Shown here: positions 1 to 8,534 of the stretch, piece by piece
Layout: the number at the start of each line of letters is the position of its first letter
Numbering within the stretch: position 1 is the stretch's first letter
NCBI GenBank assembly: GCA_905478415.1
Contig: CAJQIG010000001.1
Location: 150,098 to 214,097 of the forward strand
Origin: an uncultured Patescibacteria group bacterium
GTDB lineage: Bacteria; Patescibacteriota; Microgenomatia; UBA1400; PJMF01
Direction of reading: 5' to 3'
DNA length: 64,000 nt
Notes under the pieces: model-generated
Database searches by the model: none
Seen by the model: the letters and a program-made list of their open reading frames with translations, nothing else
What the model was told of the DNA's origin: nothing
Made by a program: the position numbers and the translations under genes

Positions 1-230
1 TAATGCCAACCTACGTGGTTAAAGTAGGTATACAAATATTGGCCTTCATAAAAGGGAGTTTCACCACAACCCTCATCGACGGCATCGATTGCATATGCTG
101 CTTGGGAGTTTAAAACAAGAACTTCCTTTTCGTATTCACTGTTATGGAAACTTGCATATCCAAAAACATATGCTGCAAAAACAAGAATTCCAACAACAAT
201 AGAACCAACGATTCTAACTTTTAGTACCAT
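1..230 (-). CDS. Partial orphan membrane-anchored protein (unit 1 cargo; runs off window start)
   Basis: Manual translation from ATG at 230: MVLKVRIVGSIVVGILVFAAYVFGYASFHNSEYEKEVLVLNSQAAYAIDAVDEGCGETPFYEGQYLY..., open to the edge. N-terminal hydrophobic helix; GGAGG at 245-241. Confidence 0.75.
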   Translation of the reverse strand, partial: MVLKVRIVGSIVVGILVFAAYVFGYASFHNSEYEKEVLVLNSQAAYAIDAVDEGCGETPFYEGQYLYTYFNHVGWH

Positions 231-240
231 TTTTTTAATT

Positions 241-410
241 CCTCCATAAGGTCTTAAAAGACGCCACTACCTATCGAGTAGTAGTGCAACATCTTCTAAT
301 TTCCTCATGGAAGAAAAACACGTTAAAGATCAGTGGTAACTCCACAGTTTTGAAACAAAACAGGGAATAACCACAAAAGATATTATATCCTATAATAGAA
401 ATTCAGTCAA
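241..410 (-). promoter_or_regulatory. Unit 1 promoter and leader: TTGACT-17-TATAAT, hairpin, boxA-like TGATCTTTAACG, SD
   Basis: -35 at 410-405, -10 at 387-382, hairpin 333-374, boxA-like 332-321, GGAGG 245-241. Confidence 0.75.
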
Positions 411-416
411 GAAAAG

Positions 417-1352
417 TTAGCTTTGTTTTTTGTACCACTCCACGGTCTTCTTCAAGCCTTTCGGAAAGGTGACCTCAGAAACGAAGCCAAAGCCCTCTTC
501 TGCTCGGCTAGTATCAATTTTTCGTCGAGGTTGTCCGTCTGGTTTAGAGGTATCAAAAACAATTTTGCCTGTGTAACCAACAACATCACCAATGGTGTGA
601 GCGAGTTCTGCAATGCTGATTTCGAAGTTTGAGCCTAGGTTTACTGGTTCTGGACTGTTGTAGTTTTTAGTTGCCAGCACGATAGCGCGTGCTGCATCTT
701 CGACAAATAAAAATTCGCGCGTAGGAGCGCCTGTACCCCACACTGTTACTTCTGGAGCGTTATTCTCTTGTGCTTCCACAAACTTACGAATCAAAGCCGG
801 AATTACGTGTGAAGAAGCCGGATCAAAGTTATCGTCAGGGCCATAGAGGTTAGTTGGCAGTAAATAAATGGCTGGAAAGTCGTACTGATCTTGATACGCC
901 TGAGATTGCACCAAAAGCATTTTTTTGGCTAATCCATAGGGAGCATTGGTTTCTTCTGGGTAGCCATTCCACAAATCTTCTTCCTTAAAAGGAACAGGAG
1001 TGTACTTTGGATAGGCGCAAATAGTACCTATGCCCACAAACTTTTTAACTCCTGCCTTATATGCTTGATGGAGTACATGCGTACCCATAAGTAAATTATC
1101 GTAAAAAAGCTCAGCTGGATGTTCTTGATTGTAGCCGATACCACCGACATTGGCTGCCAAGTGGATAACTATATCTGAGCCCTTGACTACTTTGGCGGCA
1201 GCTGAGGGCTTGCGAAGGTCAAATTCCTTACTTCGAGGCACCAAAATGCTAGCAGGTTTTTCCTTTTTGAGTTCTTCGACGAGGTGGGAGCCGAGGAAGC
1301 CAGCGCCACCGGTGACTACTATTTTTTTGTTTTTGAGGGAGAGTGCTTTCAT
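417..1352 (-). CDS. fcl: GDP-L-fucose synthase (extended SDR)
   Basis: GGAGFLG, HLAANVGGI, CAYPK, YGLAK, PTNLYGP, SHVIPALIRK, DGQPRR motifs. Start moved to ATG at 1352 (MKALSLK). Confidence 0.9.
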   Translation of the reverse strand: MKALSLKNKKIVVTGGAGFLGSHLVEELKKEKPASILVPRSKEFDLRKPSAAAKVVKGSDIVIHLAANVGGIGYNQEHPAELFYDNLLMGTHVLHQAYKAGVKKFVGIGTICAYPKYTPVPFKEEDLWNGYPEETNAPYGLAKKMLLVQSQAYQDQYDFPAIYLLPTNLYGPDDNFDPASSHVIPALIRKFVEAQENNAPEVTVWGTGAPTREFLFVEDAARAIVLATKNYNSPEPVNLGSNFEISIAELAHTIGDVVGYTGKIVFDTSKPDGQPRRKIDTSRAEEGFGFVSEVTFPKGLKKTVEWYKKQS

Positions 1353-1452
1353 GAGTTGGTTTTCTAATGGCTTGCTTTTGGTTATGGCTAGTATAGCAGG
1401 AGATTTGGGATTGTAAAAAACAAAGAGAAGGTTAAAAAAATATCCCATAGTA

Positions 1453-1628
1453 TTGATTTTAAAATGTATCTCTGGTATAATTACTCGATTACAAACTTTT
1501 GAAAATCAAAAAAAGTTTCGTGATCTATTCTTTAACAGTTTACCTATTTATAAACAGTAAATTCTCTTTCATAGAATGGTGTCTTATATTCAACATTGGG
1601 TTGAATATTTAACCACCATTCTTGGAGG
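1453..1628 (+). promoter_or_regulatory. Unit 2 promoter and leader: TTGATT-17-(TGn)TATAAT, hairpin, boxA-like TATTCTTTAACA, second hairpin, SD
   Basis: -35 1453-1458, -10 1476-1481, hairpin 1487-1525, boxA-like 1526-1537, hairpin 1573-1622, TGGAGG 1623-1628. Confidence 0.75.
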
Positions 1629-1636
1629 ATTATTTC

Positions 1637-3088
1637 ATGAAGAATGCACCATTATTTGTAGGGTTAGGACTGATAGTGTTGATCCTGGGGTGGATCTTTG
1701 CCCCTTCGGCCATTGTCCATTTCATCCTTTTTGATATATTGTGGCTCGGCTTGCCTTACCTTTTGCCAGTCTTGGTTGTAATATTGCTAGTTTTACTAGC
1801 AGGCATGAAGAGTGAGGGTTTAATCATAGCCGTCTTCGTTGCTGGAGTGATTGGACTTATTTGCTGGTGGATTTATTTGCCGGCTTTAAGTCAATATGAA
1901 TTGGTTAATTCAATCAAACCAGTTCCCATCGAAGATATCCCAGCAAGTTCGAATGTCAGATTTATGCCAATGCCAGTTGCTCAACAGTTGGCATCCAGTA
2001 AATACCAGGACCCTCGTCATCATATTGGTGATATGGATCCTATCGAACTTGAAAGCGGAGACATTGGCTGGGTTGGAAGTCGTATACCAACGGGAATAGT
2101 TAACTACTACTCGGGTAATGCCCAAGGTACGATAACTGTTGATCCTTTTGGTCGTGTGACTACCCAAGATCAAGTCTTTGCTTGCGGTGAAGGAATGGCT
2201 ATTACTGATAATATCCGATGGAAATTGTGGCGTGAACATTATGGCGCCGTCCTGGATGAATATTACTATATTACAATTGACGATGAAATTGTTTTGATGG
2301 CTCCTTATATCACTTGGCATCTTGAAGGGATTGTCTTTGTGCCCCAGTGGGGTGGCGTATTTGTTGTTGACGGCGATTGTCACATTGAAGATTTATCTCC
2401 TCGTGAGGCTTTGGCCGATAGCCGCCTGATTGGGCATCGAATTGTTCCGGAAAGTTATGCTAAACGTGTTGCAGATGCATGGCAATACCGCAATGGTATT
2501 GCGAATGCTTGGTTTTACCATGTTGATCAGACTGAAGTACCAACGATTGATGGTGAGGATAACCAAATGCCGTACCTGATTCCAACGGAATTGGGTGAGC
2601 AATGGTTTATCGCCATGGAACCGTATGGGCCTGCATTTAGCATCTTTAAAATGATGTTTGTTGATGCTCATGACGGAACAATCCGCTTGTACGAATATTC
2701 TGAAGATGCGGCGATCATTTCACCTAATAAGGCGCTTGGTTTTATCCAGGCAGCCAATCCCACATACAACTGGGATAAAATTCGCGTAATTGAACCGCGG
2801 CCGCTGATTGTTGATAACGTTCTCTATTGGATGATGAGCCAAACAAGCTCTGACTTTAGTGGTGTAGAACGAACAATTCTTGTTCGATCGTCCGATGAGA
2901 AAGTTTTAGTGGTTGAATCTTATGAAGAGCTAGTGGTATTTCTTAGTGGCAACACAGCAACCGCTAGTCAGCTAGATGAAGAATCAACTGCTGTTAACAG
3001 TGAGGTTCCCAGTGACCTTACAACTTTGACTACGCAAGAGCTCTATGATTTGATCATGGACGTTGCTCGTGAGTTGGAAAGTCGTTAA
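1637..3088 (+). CDS. Hypothetical membrane protein: about 3 N-terminal TM helices plus a large acidic, probably extracytoplasmic domain (unit 2 cargo)
   Basis: Long ORF; ATG at 1637 lies 8 nt after TGGAGG; hydrophobic N-terminus; no family recognised. Confidence 0.8.
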   Translation: MKNAPLFVGLGLIVLILGWIFAPSAIVHFILFDILWLGLPYLLPVLVVILLVLLAGMKSEGLIIAVFVAGVIGLICWWIYLPALSQYELVNSIKPVPIEDIPASSNVRFMPMPVAQQLASSKYQDPRHHIGDMDPIELESGDIGWVGSRIPTGIVNYYSGNAQGTITVDPFGRVTTQDQVFACGEGMAITDNIRWKLWREHYGAVLDEYYYITIDDEIVLMAPYITWHLEGIVFVPQWGGVFVVDGDCHIEDLSPREALADSRLIGHRIVPESYAKRVADAWQYRNGIANAWFYHVDQTEVPTIDGEDNQMPYLIPTELGEQWFIAMEPYGPAFSIFKMMFVDAHDGTIRLYEYSEDAAIISPNKALGFIQAANPTYNWDKIRVIEPRPLIVDNVLYWMMSQTSSDFSGVERTILVRSSDEKVLVVESYEELVVFLSGNTATASQLDEESTAVNSEVPSDLTTLTTQELYDLIMDVARELESR

Positions 3089-3114
3089 TTTTTTGTAAAT
3101 AGGTACTATTGTAA

Positions 3115-3149
3115 GAGGCTCCTTCATTTCGAAGGGGCCTCATTTTTTT
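3115..3149 (+). terminator. Intrinsic terminator of unit 2
   Basis: GAGGCTCCTTC-atttc-GAAGGGGCCTC followed by a T-run that overlaps the stop codon of the convergent GT2. Confidence 0.8.
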
Positions 3150-3924
3150 ACTTCATCACCCGATACGCCCACACAATCAAGGTAGCATGTATCTTATGCA
3201 CAAACCGAATAAAGGGAGATTTCACGTATTTCAGAACCAGTTCATGCTCTTCGGCAAACTGCTTTTCATAGAGGGCTCCCCCTTTAGACTGGCCATGAAT
3301 TCTAAAGAGTGAAAAATGTGAATCAGTTACATGCAATGGAAATTGCTCCATAGCTCGCATCCAGTAGTCAAAGTCCATACAGAAGTGGAGGTCTTCGTTA
3401 AACATACCGACTTTATTTAGCAGCTCACGACGCCAAAAGGTACTGGGTTGGATAATATAGTTGGCAATAGAAAGTCTGGTGCGGGTAGGATCTTTGCGAA
3501 GCCATTTTTTATACTCGGCTACAAAACTTTGAATTTTGTTGCCTTTTTCATCAATAATAAAGTAGTCACCGGTTAGCCACATAGCATCGGAGTGATTGCT
3601 GAAGTACTCTGCCACGGTGTTAAGTGTATTGGGAAGAAAAACATCGTCACTATTAATAAAACAAAGGATGTCGCCAGTGGCTTTTTTAAGACCTTGGTTA
3701 ATTGCATCGGTTTGGCCTTTATCTTTCTTTGAGACCCAAGTAAATTGTGTACCGTACGATTTGAGAATCTTGACGGTATCATCGGTCGATCCCCCATCCA
3801 TGACGATATACTCAAGGTTTGGGTAGTTTTGATTGAGCACACTCTCAATTGTTTCTGTAATGAAGTGACCTTGGTTATAGCTGGGGGTGATAACGGTTAT
3901 TTTAGGAAGTTGCTTTTGTTTCAT
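3148..3924 (-). CDS. GT2 glycosyltransferase (WfgS/WcaE-like)
   Basis: ITPSYNQ, DGGSTD, GQTDAIN, NSDD, QPSTFW, MDFDYW motifs. Confidence 0.9.
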   Translation of the reverse strand: MKQKQLPKITVITPSYNQGHFITETIESVLNQNYPNLEYIVMDGGSTDDTVKILKSYGTQFTWVSKKDKGQTDAINQGLKKATGDILCFINSDDVFLPNTLNTVAEYFSNHSDAMWLTGDYFIIDEKGNKIQSFVAEYKKWLRKDPTRTRLSIANYIIQPSTFWRRELLNKVGMFNEDLHFCMDFDYWMRAMEQFPLHVTDSHFSLFRIHGQSKGGALYEKQFAEEHELVLKYVKSPFIRFVHKIHATLIVWAYRVMK

Positions 3925-3948
3925 AGCCTTATTTTACCGTATAAACAC

Positions 3949-3980
3949 AAAAAAAACGGCACCTAAAAAATAGATGCCGT
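3949..3980 (-). terminator. Intrinsic terminator of unit 3
   Basis: Minus strand ACGGCATCTA-ttttt-TAGGTGCCGT followed by a T-run. Confidence 0.8.
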
Positions 3981-4001
3981 ATATAAAAACAATTAATACA
4001 A

Positions 4002-5006
4002 TTAACTACCGGTGAGTCCATGGACAACATGCCAGATTAACTCAAACATATCTGACTTCTTGTTGAGGACCATGTCTGCACCATTCTCTTCAAAGAGCTC
4101 ACGCACAGTCGATTCTTCATCTGACCATAACCGAGTGATTCGGTCAAGATTTTCTGATGTGTAGGCAAAAATCAACAATGGTGGTGGTAGTAAGGCTGCA
4201 ATTTCAGCCACGCAGGTGTGGCCAGGAGCTTGTCCCTCACTATGTTGGTCAACAACATACACATGGGCCAATTTAACAATCCCTGCACGCCAAGCGGCAC
4301 AGCTGGGATAGGCACCAACGGTGATAATACCTTGTTGAGCCAAGTTAGCTACAATGAGTGATGCCCACATGGCGTTATCTTCAATAACAACCGCAAGCGA
4401 ACCCGTTGGGGCCTGAATATCAATATCACCCGCCTCAACGGTAGGTGCCATTGCTACAATACCAACTTGGTCTTCAACCATTCCAGCTGGCAAGATTAGG
4501 TCAGTTCCATACCCTGCTTCCCATTCTTGGAAGCCATCAAAGGTGGTACCAGACCAGACAGCCTGATTTTGGAGACTGACTGCGGCTTGGCCACTAAAAA
4601 TTGCAACGATGCTTCCTTTGAGCATCATAACCAAAAATTCATCCCCTGGAATGGGATCGGCTACTGTTATTGCAAACAGTGGAACAAGAATATAGTTCTC
4701 GTTACCATTGAGCGATGCAGTAAATGCATCTCGATTTGTCCAACGGTACAGTGGGTCAACTACATCCCAATCAGATCCAGAGCATGATTCCCAGACACCA
4801 GAAACAACGCGAAGACTGCCTGGAGGGCAATATCCGGTATTAATGGCTTCATCTTGGGTGGTTGCTCCCCAGAAAACTGGGCTTTCGGCTGTATCTTCAA
4901 TTTTTGCAGGAGTGGAACTTTGGACAGCTGTACCAGGTGTTCCACATGCGGTTAGGGCGAATACTATGGCCATTACTATAATCAGAGTTTTTTGTGCTTT
5001 GCTCAT
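4002..5006 (-). CDS. Putative lipoprotein with C-terminal CheY-like receiver domain (unit 3 cargo)
   Basis: ATG at 5006 after GGAGG; lipobox LTAC; C-terminal AVVIED...VYVVD...FAYTS...GADMVLNK pattern. Confidence 0.7.
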   Translation of the reverse strand: MSKAQKTLIIVMAIVFALTACGTPGTAVQSSTPAKIEDTAESPVFWGATTQDEAINTGYCPPGSLRVVSGVWESCSGSDWDVVDPLYRWTNRDAFTASLNGNENYILVPLFAITVADPIPGDEFLVMMLKGSIVAIFSGQAAVSLQNQAVWSGTTFDGFQEWEAGYGTDLILPAGMVEDQVGIVAMAPTVEAGDIDIQAPTGSLAVVIEDNAMWASLIVANLAQQGIITVGAYPSCAAWRAGIVKLAHVYVVDQHSEGQAPGHTCVAEIAALLPPPLLIFAYTSENLDRITRLWSDEESTVRELFEENGADMVLNKKSDMFELIWHVVHGLTGS

Positions 5007-5011
5007 TTTTG

Positions 5012-5101
5012 CCTCCACGAGCTAGATAGAAAATAAAAATTGTTTGTTAAAAAACGATAGTTACTTCTCAAAGAGAAATAACTATATCCTATATTATATC
5101 A
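5012..5101 (-). promoter_or_regulatory. Unit 3 promoter and leader: extended -10 TGaTATAAT, hairpin, boxA-like CGTTTTTTAACA, SD
   Basis: -10 5098-5093, 13-bp hairpin 5057-5085, boxA-like 5056-5045, GGAGG 5016-5012. No clear -35. Confidence 0.7.
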
Positions 5102-5129
5102 TAAGAGGAGTTTAATAGTGTGTAAACGT

Positions 5130-5159
5130 AAAAATGGCAGCCTCTTGGACTGCCATTTT
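5130..5159 (-). terminator. Intrinsic terminator of unit 4 (possibly bidirectional)
   Basis: AAAATGGCAG...CTGCCATTTT inverted repeat just past the stop of 5177-5860. Confidence 0.75.
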
Positions 5160-5176
5160 CTTTCTACATTCTTTAC

Positions 5177-5860
5177 TTACTTGCGCAGAAATCCATACCC
5201 CGTATCATCGTTTCCTGGGAATGGGTTGGGATCGTTGCTTTGGGCTCGGATAATGCCTTCCTGTTTTAGCCACCACAAGGGGCGATACTGGATTTGAGTA
5301 ACTTGTGTGGGATGGTAGGTAGCCCGTGTAAAAGGCACCTCTACCACATGGGAGACTTTGGTGCCGTCCCCTGTCATACCGACTGGAGATTTACGCAGTG
5401 TATCACCACCGCCCAAAGAAAACACCTCTTTGGTGAATGCTTCGTTCATGGGCATAACTACTTCTTTTTCTCGGAAGAAAGCTAAGCCAATGACGCCAGC
5501 ATTATCTGTGTTGCCTGAAGTCCAGGCCGCAACAGAGTTGGAAGGATAGGTAACCTTAAATGGAGAAATGGTCCCATTATCAAGGCGATATCCTTCAATA
5601 ATTAGCTGACCATCTAAGATATAACCACGGTCATTAAGAAAATCTGCAGGGCGATTGCGGTGAACAGAACGGCCGTCTACAGACATGTAGACTTCCATTC
5701 TATCAAATGGTCCAGCAGTCGAAACACGAACCTTGATATGATCATTAACCTCTGCTTGAACAAACGGCATGTTATCGCCTTGGCGATAGAAAATTTCTGT
5801 TGGCCGATCATTACGGAGGATAATAATGTTTGCCAAACTTCCAGGAATCATGTTGTTCAT
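5177..5860 (-). CDS. Hypothetical protein with SVDG and GVIGLAFFRE motifs (unit 4 cargo)
   Basis: 227-aa ORF preceded by AAGGAG; motifs recall an uncharacterised beta-rich family; function unknown. Confidence 0.75.
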   Translation of the reverse strand: MNNMIPGSLANIIILRNDRPTEIFYRQGDNMPFVQAEVNDHIKVRVSTAGPFDRMEVYMSVDGRSVHRNRPADFLNDRGYILDGQLIIEGYRLDNGTISPFKVTYPSNSVAAWTSGNTDNAGVIGLAFFREKEVVMPMNEAFTKEVFSLGGGDTLRKSPVGMTGDGTKVSHVVEVPFTRATYHPTQVTQIQYRPLWWLKQEGIIRAQSNDPNPFPGNDDTGYGFLRK

Positions 5861-5870
5861 AACCTAAAAT

Positions 5871-6009
5871 CTCCTTTAAAAAAGAAATATCCAGCCAACC
5901 GGATGTTAACTGGTGAACCAAAATGACAAAATAAGCTTGATACACCAGTTAACGTGTAAAGAATGTTAAAGATCAGAAGTATTTTACCCCATCTACATCT
6001 TCTAGTCAA
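5871..6009 (-). promoter_or_regulatory. Unit 4 promoter and leader: TTGACT-17-TAAAAT, boxA-like TGATCTTTAACA, hairpin, SD
   Basis: -35 6009-6004, -10 5986-5981, boxA-like 5975-5964, 11-bp stem 5905-5915/5943-5953, AAGGAG 5876-5871. Confidence 0.75.
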
Positions 6010-6093
6010 ATGTTATAAGTCTGTTATGTTACTATATCCCTTCAAAACTATCAAAAGAGGTTGTATACTCAAGTAAGTATAGAAACGAGGTAT

Positions 6094-6801
6094 ATGTCAG
6101 ATCAAACTTTAAAAACACCAGAAGAGCTTAAAGCTGCTGCCGAGTTTCAATTAAAAGCCAACCTTTCTCAAATGTCTCTGGGAGAGATTCGCATGAAACT
6201 TATCCTTGAAGGAGATACATTGCTTGAGGGTACGGGGCTCAATGCTAACGATCTGATTGTGGCGTGTAATGATTTAATAGATGCTATAGCAACTAATACG
6301 ACAGGTTCAAATGATGTTCCCGCGTACATTTTAAATAAAACTGCTCGAGCACAGGTGGTTCCTAGTTTTTTGCGTGCTACCTTTAAAGATGCCATTGCGA
6401 CTGAGATTACAACTCAACATGAAGAAGAAACTAAAAGAAAACTTGCTGAAGTAACAGCTAAAATTGGTACAGTGAAACCAACAGCAGAGAACTTATCAAG
6501 GTTTCGACGGCTTATTACTGAAGGTGTTGCATTAGGAATTATTGATCAAGATACTGCACTAGCTAAAATAAATAAAGCTATTGAAGCTACACTAGCAGTA
6601 ATAGATGTAACAATTAAAGAGATGACTACCATAAACATGCATAAAGACAAGCAACGTTTCTCTCCAGATATTTTGCAACACTATATGTCTAAAAAGTTAG
6701 AGCAACAAGATGATCTACCACCACTCGATTTTTTCGGCGAAGCTCTCTCAGACTATGCTGAAAAGAGTTTGCATGTAAAAAGAAAGAAGCAAGGAAATTA
6801 G
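6094..6801 (+). CDS. Hypothetical helical protein
   Basis: ORF; likely ATG at 6094 after GAGG; no motif recognised. Confidence 0.65.
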   Translation: MSDQTLKTPEELKAAAEFQLKANLSQMSLGEIRMKLILEGDTLLEGTGLNANDLIVACNDLIDAIATNTTGSNDVPAYILNKTARAQVVPSFLRATFKDAIATEITTQHEEETKRKLAEVTAKIGTVKPTAENLSRFRRLITEGVALGIIDQDTALAKINKAIEATLAVIDVTIKEMTTINMHKDKQRFSPDILQHYMSKKLEQQDDLPPLDFFGEALSDYAEKSLHVKRKKQGN

Positions 6802-7529
6802 ATTTTCAATAAAATTCCAAACTTCAGGATCACCCACACAGCCCGAAAGGCATCTTTGAGAGCAATCTTTTTGCCTTCTTCGTAGGTGCGACCGTGGTAG
6901 GAAATGCCAACTTCGTACATACGAACTTTTTTATGGGCAATTTTTGCCGTTACCTCTGGCTCAATACCGAATGAATTTTCTGTAATCTCAATTGATTGAA
7001 TCACTTCTCGACGGAACATTTTATAGCCAGTTTCCATATCAGTCAGGTTAATGTTATTAAAAATATTTGAAAGTAAGGTTAAACTCATGTTAGCCAAGTA
7101 GTGCCAAAAGTAGACAACTCGGTGGGCATGAGCTCCCATAAAACGGGATCCATACACGACATCTGCTTTATCGTCTAAGAGTGGTTGTAGTACCAGTGGC
7201 AGATCGTTTGGGTCATACTCTAAGTCTGCATCTTGGATAACCACAAATTTGCCAGTGGCTTGTGCGATCCCATCCCGAAGTGCGGCACCTTTTCCACCAT
7301 TTTTATCTCTAAAGATGAGCGTGGCAATATACTTTTTTTCTAATTTTTTTAGAATCTTTCGAGTTGAGTCCTTAGATCCATCGTCAACAACAATAACTTC
7401 AATCTCACCAAGTTTGGCAGCATGAACAGCTTTAAGTACACGTTCAATTGTTTTTTCTTCGTTGTAAGCAGGAATAACTATACTCAGCAGTGGAGCCTTT
7501 TTACTTTTTGCCATTGGACTTCTTTCCAT
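6798..7529 (-). CDS. GT2, DPM1/polyprenol-phosphate glycosyltransferase-like
   Basis: IPAYNEE, VDDGSKD, GKGAAL, QDADLEYDP, VYGSRF, TDMETGYK motifs. Start may be 7514. Confidence 0.9.
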   Translation of the reverse strand: MERSPMAKSKKAPLLSIVIPAYNEEKTIERVLKAVHAAKLGEIEVIVVDDGSKDSTRKILKKLEKKYIATLIFRDKNGGKGAALRDGIAQATGKFVVIQDADLEYDPNDLPLVLQPLLDDKADVVYGSRFMGAHAHRVVYFWHYLANMSLTLLSNIFNNINLTDMETGYKMFRREVIQSIEITENSFGIEPEVTAKIAHKKVRMYEVGISYHGRTYEEGKKIALKDAFRAVWVILKFGILLKI

Positions 7530-7845
7530 TCGTAATTGCTTCTGATCTAATAACTTCTTCTAATTTTTTTTCTAGTGACCTGACTTTAAAGTAGCTCATA
7601 AATACTACCACCGAGAGAATCATAAAGGCAATCACAATCAACAGGTCAAATACTCGAGCGAAGTTTAAAAGTCCCGTAATTCCGAGTAATAAGTTTGGGA
7701 AGAGGGCTACAACGGTGAAAGCCACCCAAATAGATGACCAAGCCCAAACCTCAACTTGGTTTAAGTTTCGTTTTTTACCATGAATAGTCACCACATACAT
7801 CATGAAGAGTGCAAACAAGGCTGAAATTATTTGAAATATTGTCAT
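7501..7845 (-). CDS. DUF2304-like small membrane protein
   Basis: About 3 TM helices, W..IW motif and C-terminal LEKKLEEVIRSEAI; lies between DPM1-like GT2 genes; ATGA overlap at 7845. Confidence 0.7.
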   Translation of the reverse strand: MTIFQIISALFALFMMYVVTIHGKKRNLNQVEVWAWSSIWVAFTVVALFPNLLLGITGLLNFARVFDLLIVIAFMILSVVVFMSYFKVRSLEKKLEEVIRSEAITNGKKSNGKK

Positions 7846-8534
7846 AAGGTTATCCTCCACCATAAAATGTTATGTAAAAAATCGAGCGTGTTCAGTATGG
7901 TCATACCTTTATCGTGATCATGGTAGATGGTATCGATAGTAATAGTAGTAAAGGGGATTCTATACTTTGAAACCCGGCATGCAATCTCCATTTCGACTTG
8001 GTATCCTAGCGCATTCCATCTCAGCTTTTTATACGCTTTTTTATTTAAGGCTTTGTATCCAGATGGGATATCGGGAATAAAAGGACTTTGAAAAAGTACT
8101 TGGACAAGATGGGAAGCAAGTTGATTAAAAAAACGCTTAAACCCTGGCATGTCTCCGCTGAGCCTTCGTGTTCCAAAAACAATCTCTGCCTCTGATGATG
8201 CAAAGGCTTTGACAAAAGACTGTAATTCGGCTGGATTATGTTGATCGTCACTGTCCATCATAATGACAGTATTGGCACCTAGTTCATCAAATGCATAGTC
8301 ACATCCGGTTTTAAGTGCAGCCCCTTTCCCCATATTGACTCGATGACGCAGTACATGAGATATACTTTTTTTTGCTTCAGAGAAGGTAGCATCACTAGAG
8401 CCATCATCAATAAAAATAATGTTTGGTGTATATGCACTCACCTTTTGTAGCACCGAACCGACATATTTTTCCTCGTTAAGACCAGGCATAACGATCCAAA
8501 CATCTCTAGGTAATTTTTTAGTCTTGGTTTTCAT
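7842..8534 (-). CDS. GT2, DPM/DPG-synthase-like glycosyltransferase
   Basis: PGLNEE, IDDGSSD, NMGKGAAL, MDSDDQH motifs. Confidence 0.88.
   Translation of the reverse strand: MKTKTKKLPRDVWIVMPGLNEEKYVGSVLQKVSAYTPNIIFIDDGSSDATFSEAKKSISHVLRHRVNMGKGAALKTGCDYAFDELGANTVIMMDSDDQHNPAELQSFVKAFASSEAEIVFGTRRLSGDMPGFKRFFNQLASHLVQVLFQSPFIPDIPSGYKALNKKAYKKLRWNALGYQVEMEIACRVSKYRIPFTTITIDTIYHDHDKGMTILNTLDFLHNILWWRITL

Noticed and set aside
1353..1448. N-terminal extensions in the ORF track (fcl, galE, rmlC, rdgB, 14452, 33622, 45322)
   Set aside because: They run through promoters or upstream genes; downstream starts fit family lengths better.
1..6010. Integron cassette array explanation for the orphan units
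   Set aside because: No intI and no attC-like RYYYAAC...GTTRRRY hairpins seen; units have mixed orientation and their own promoters.
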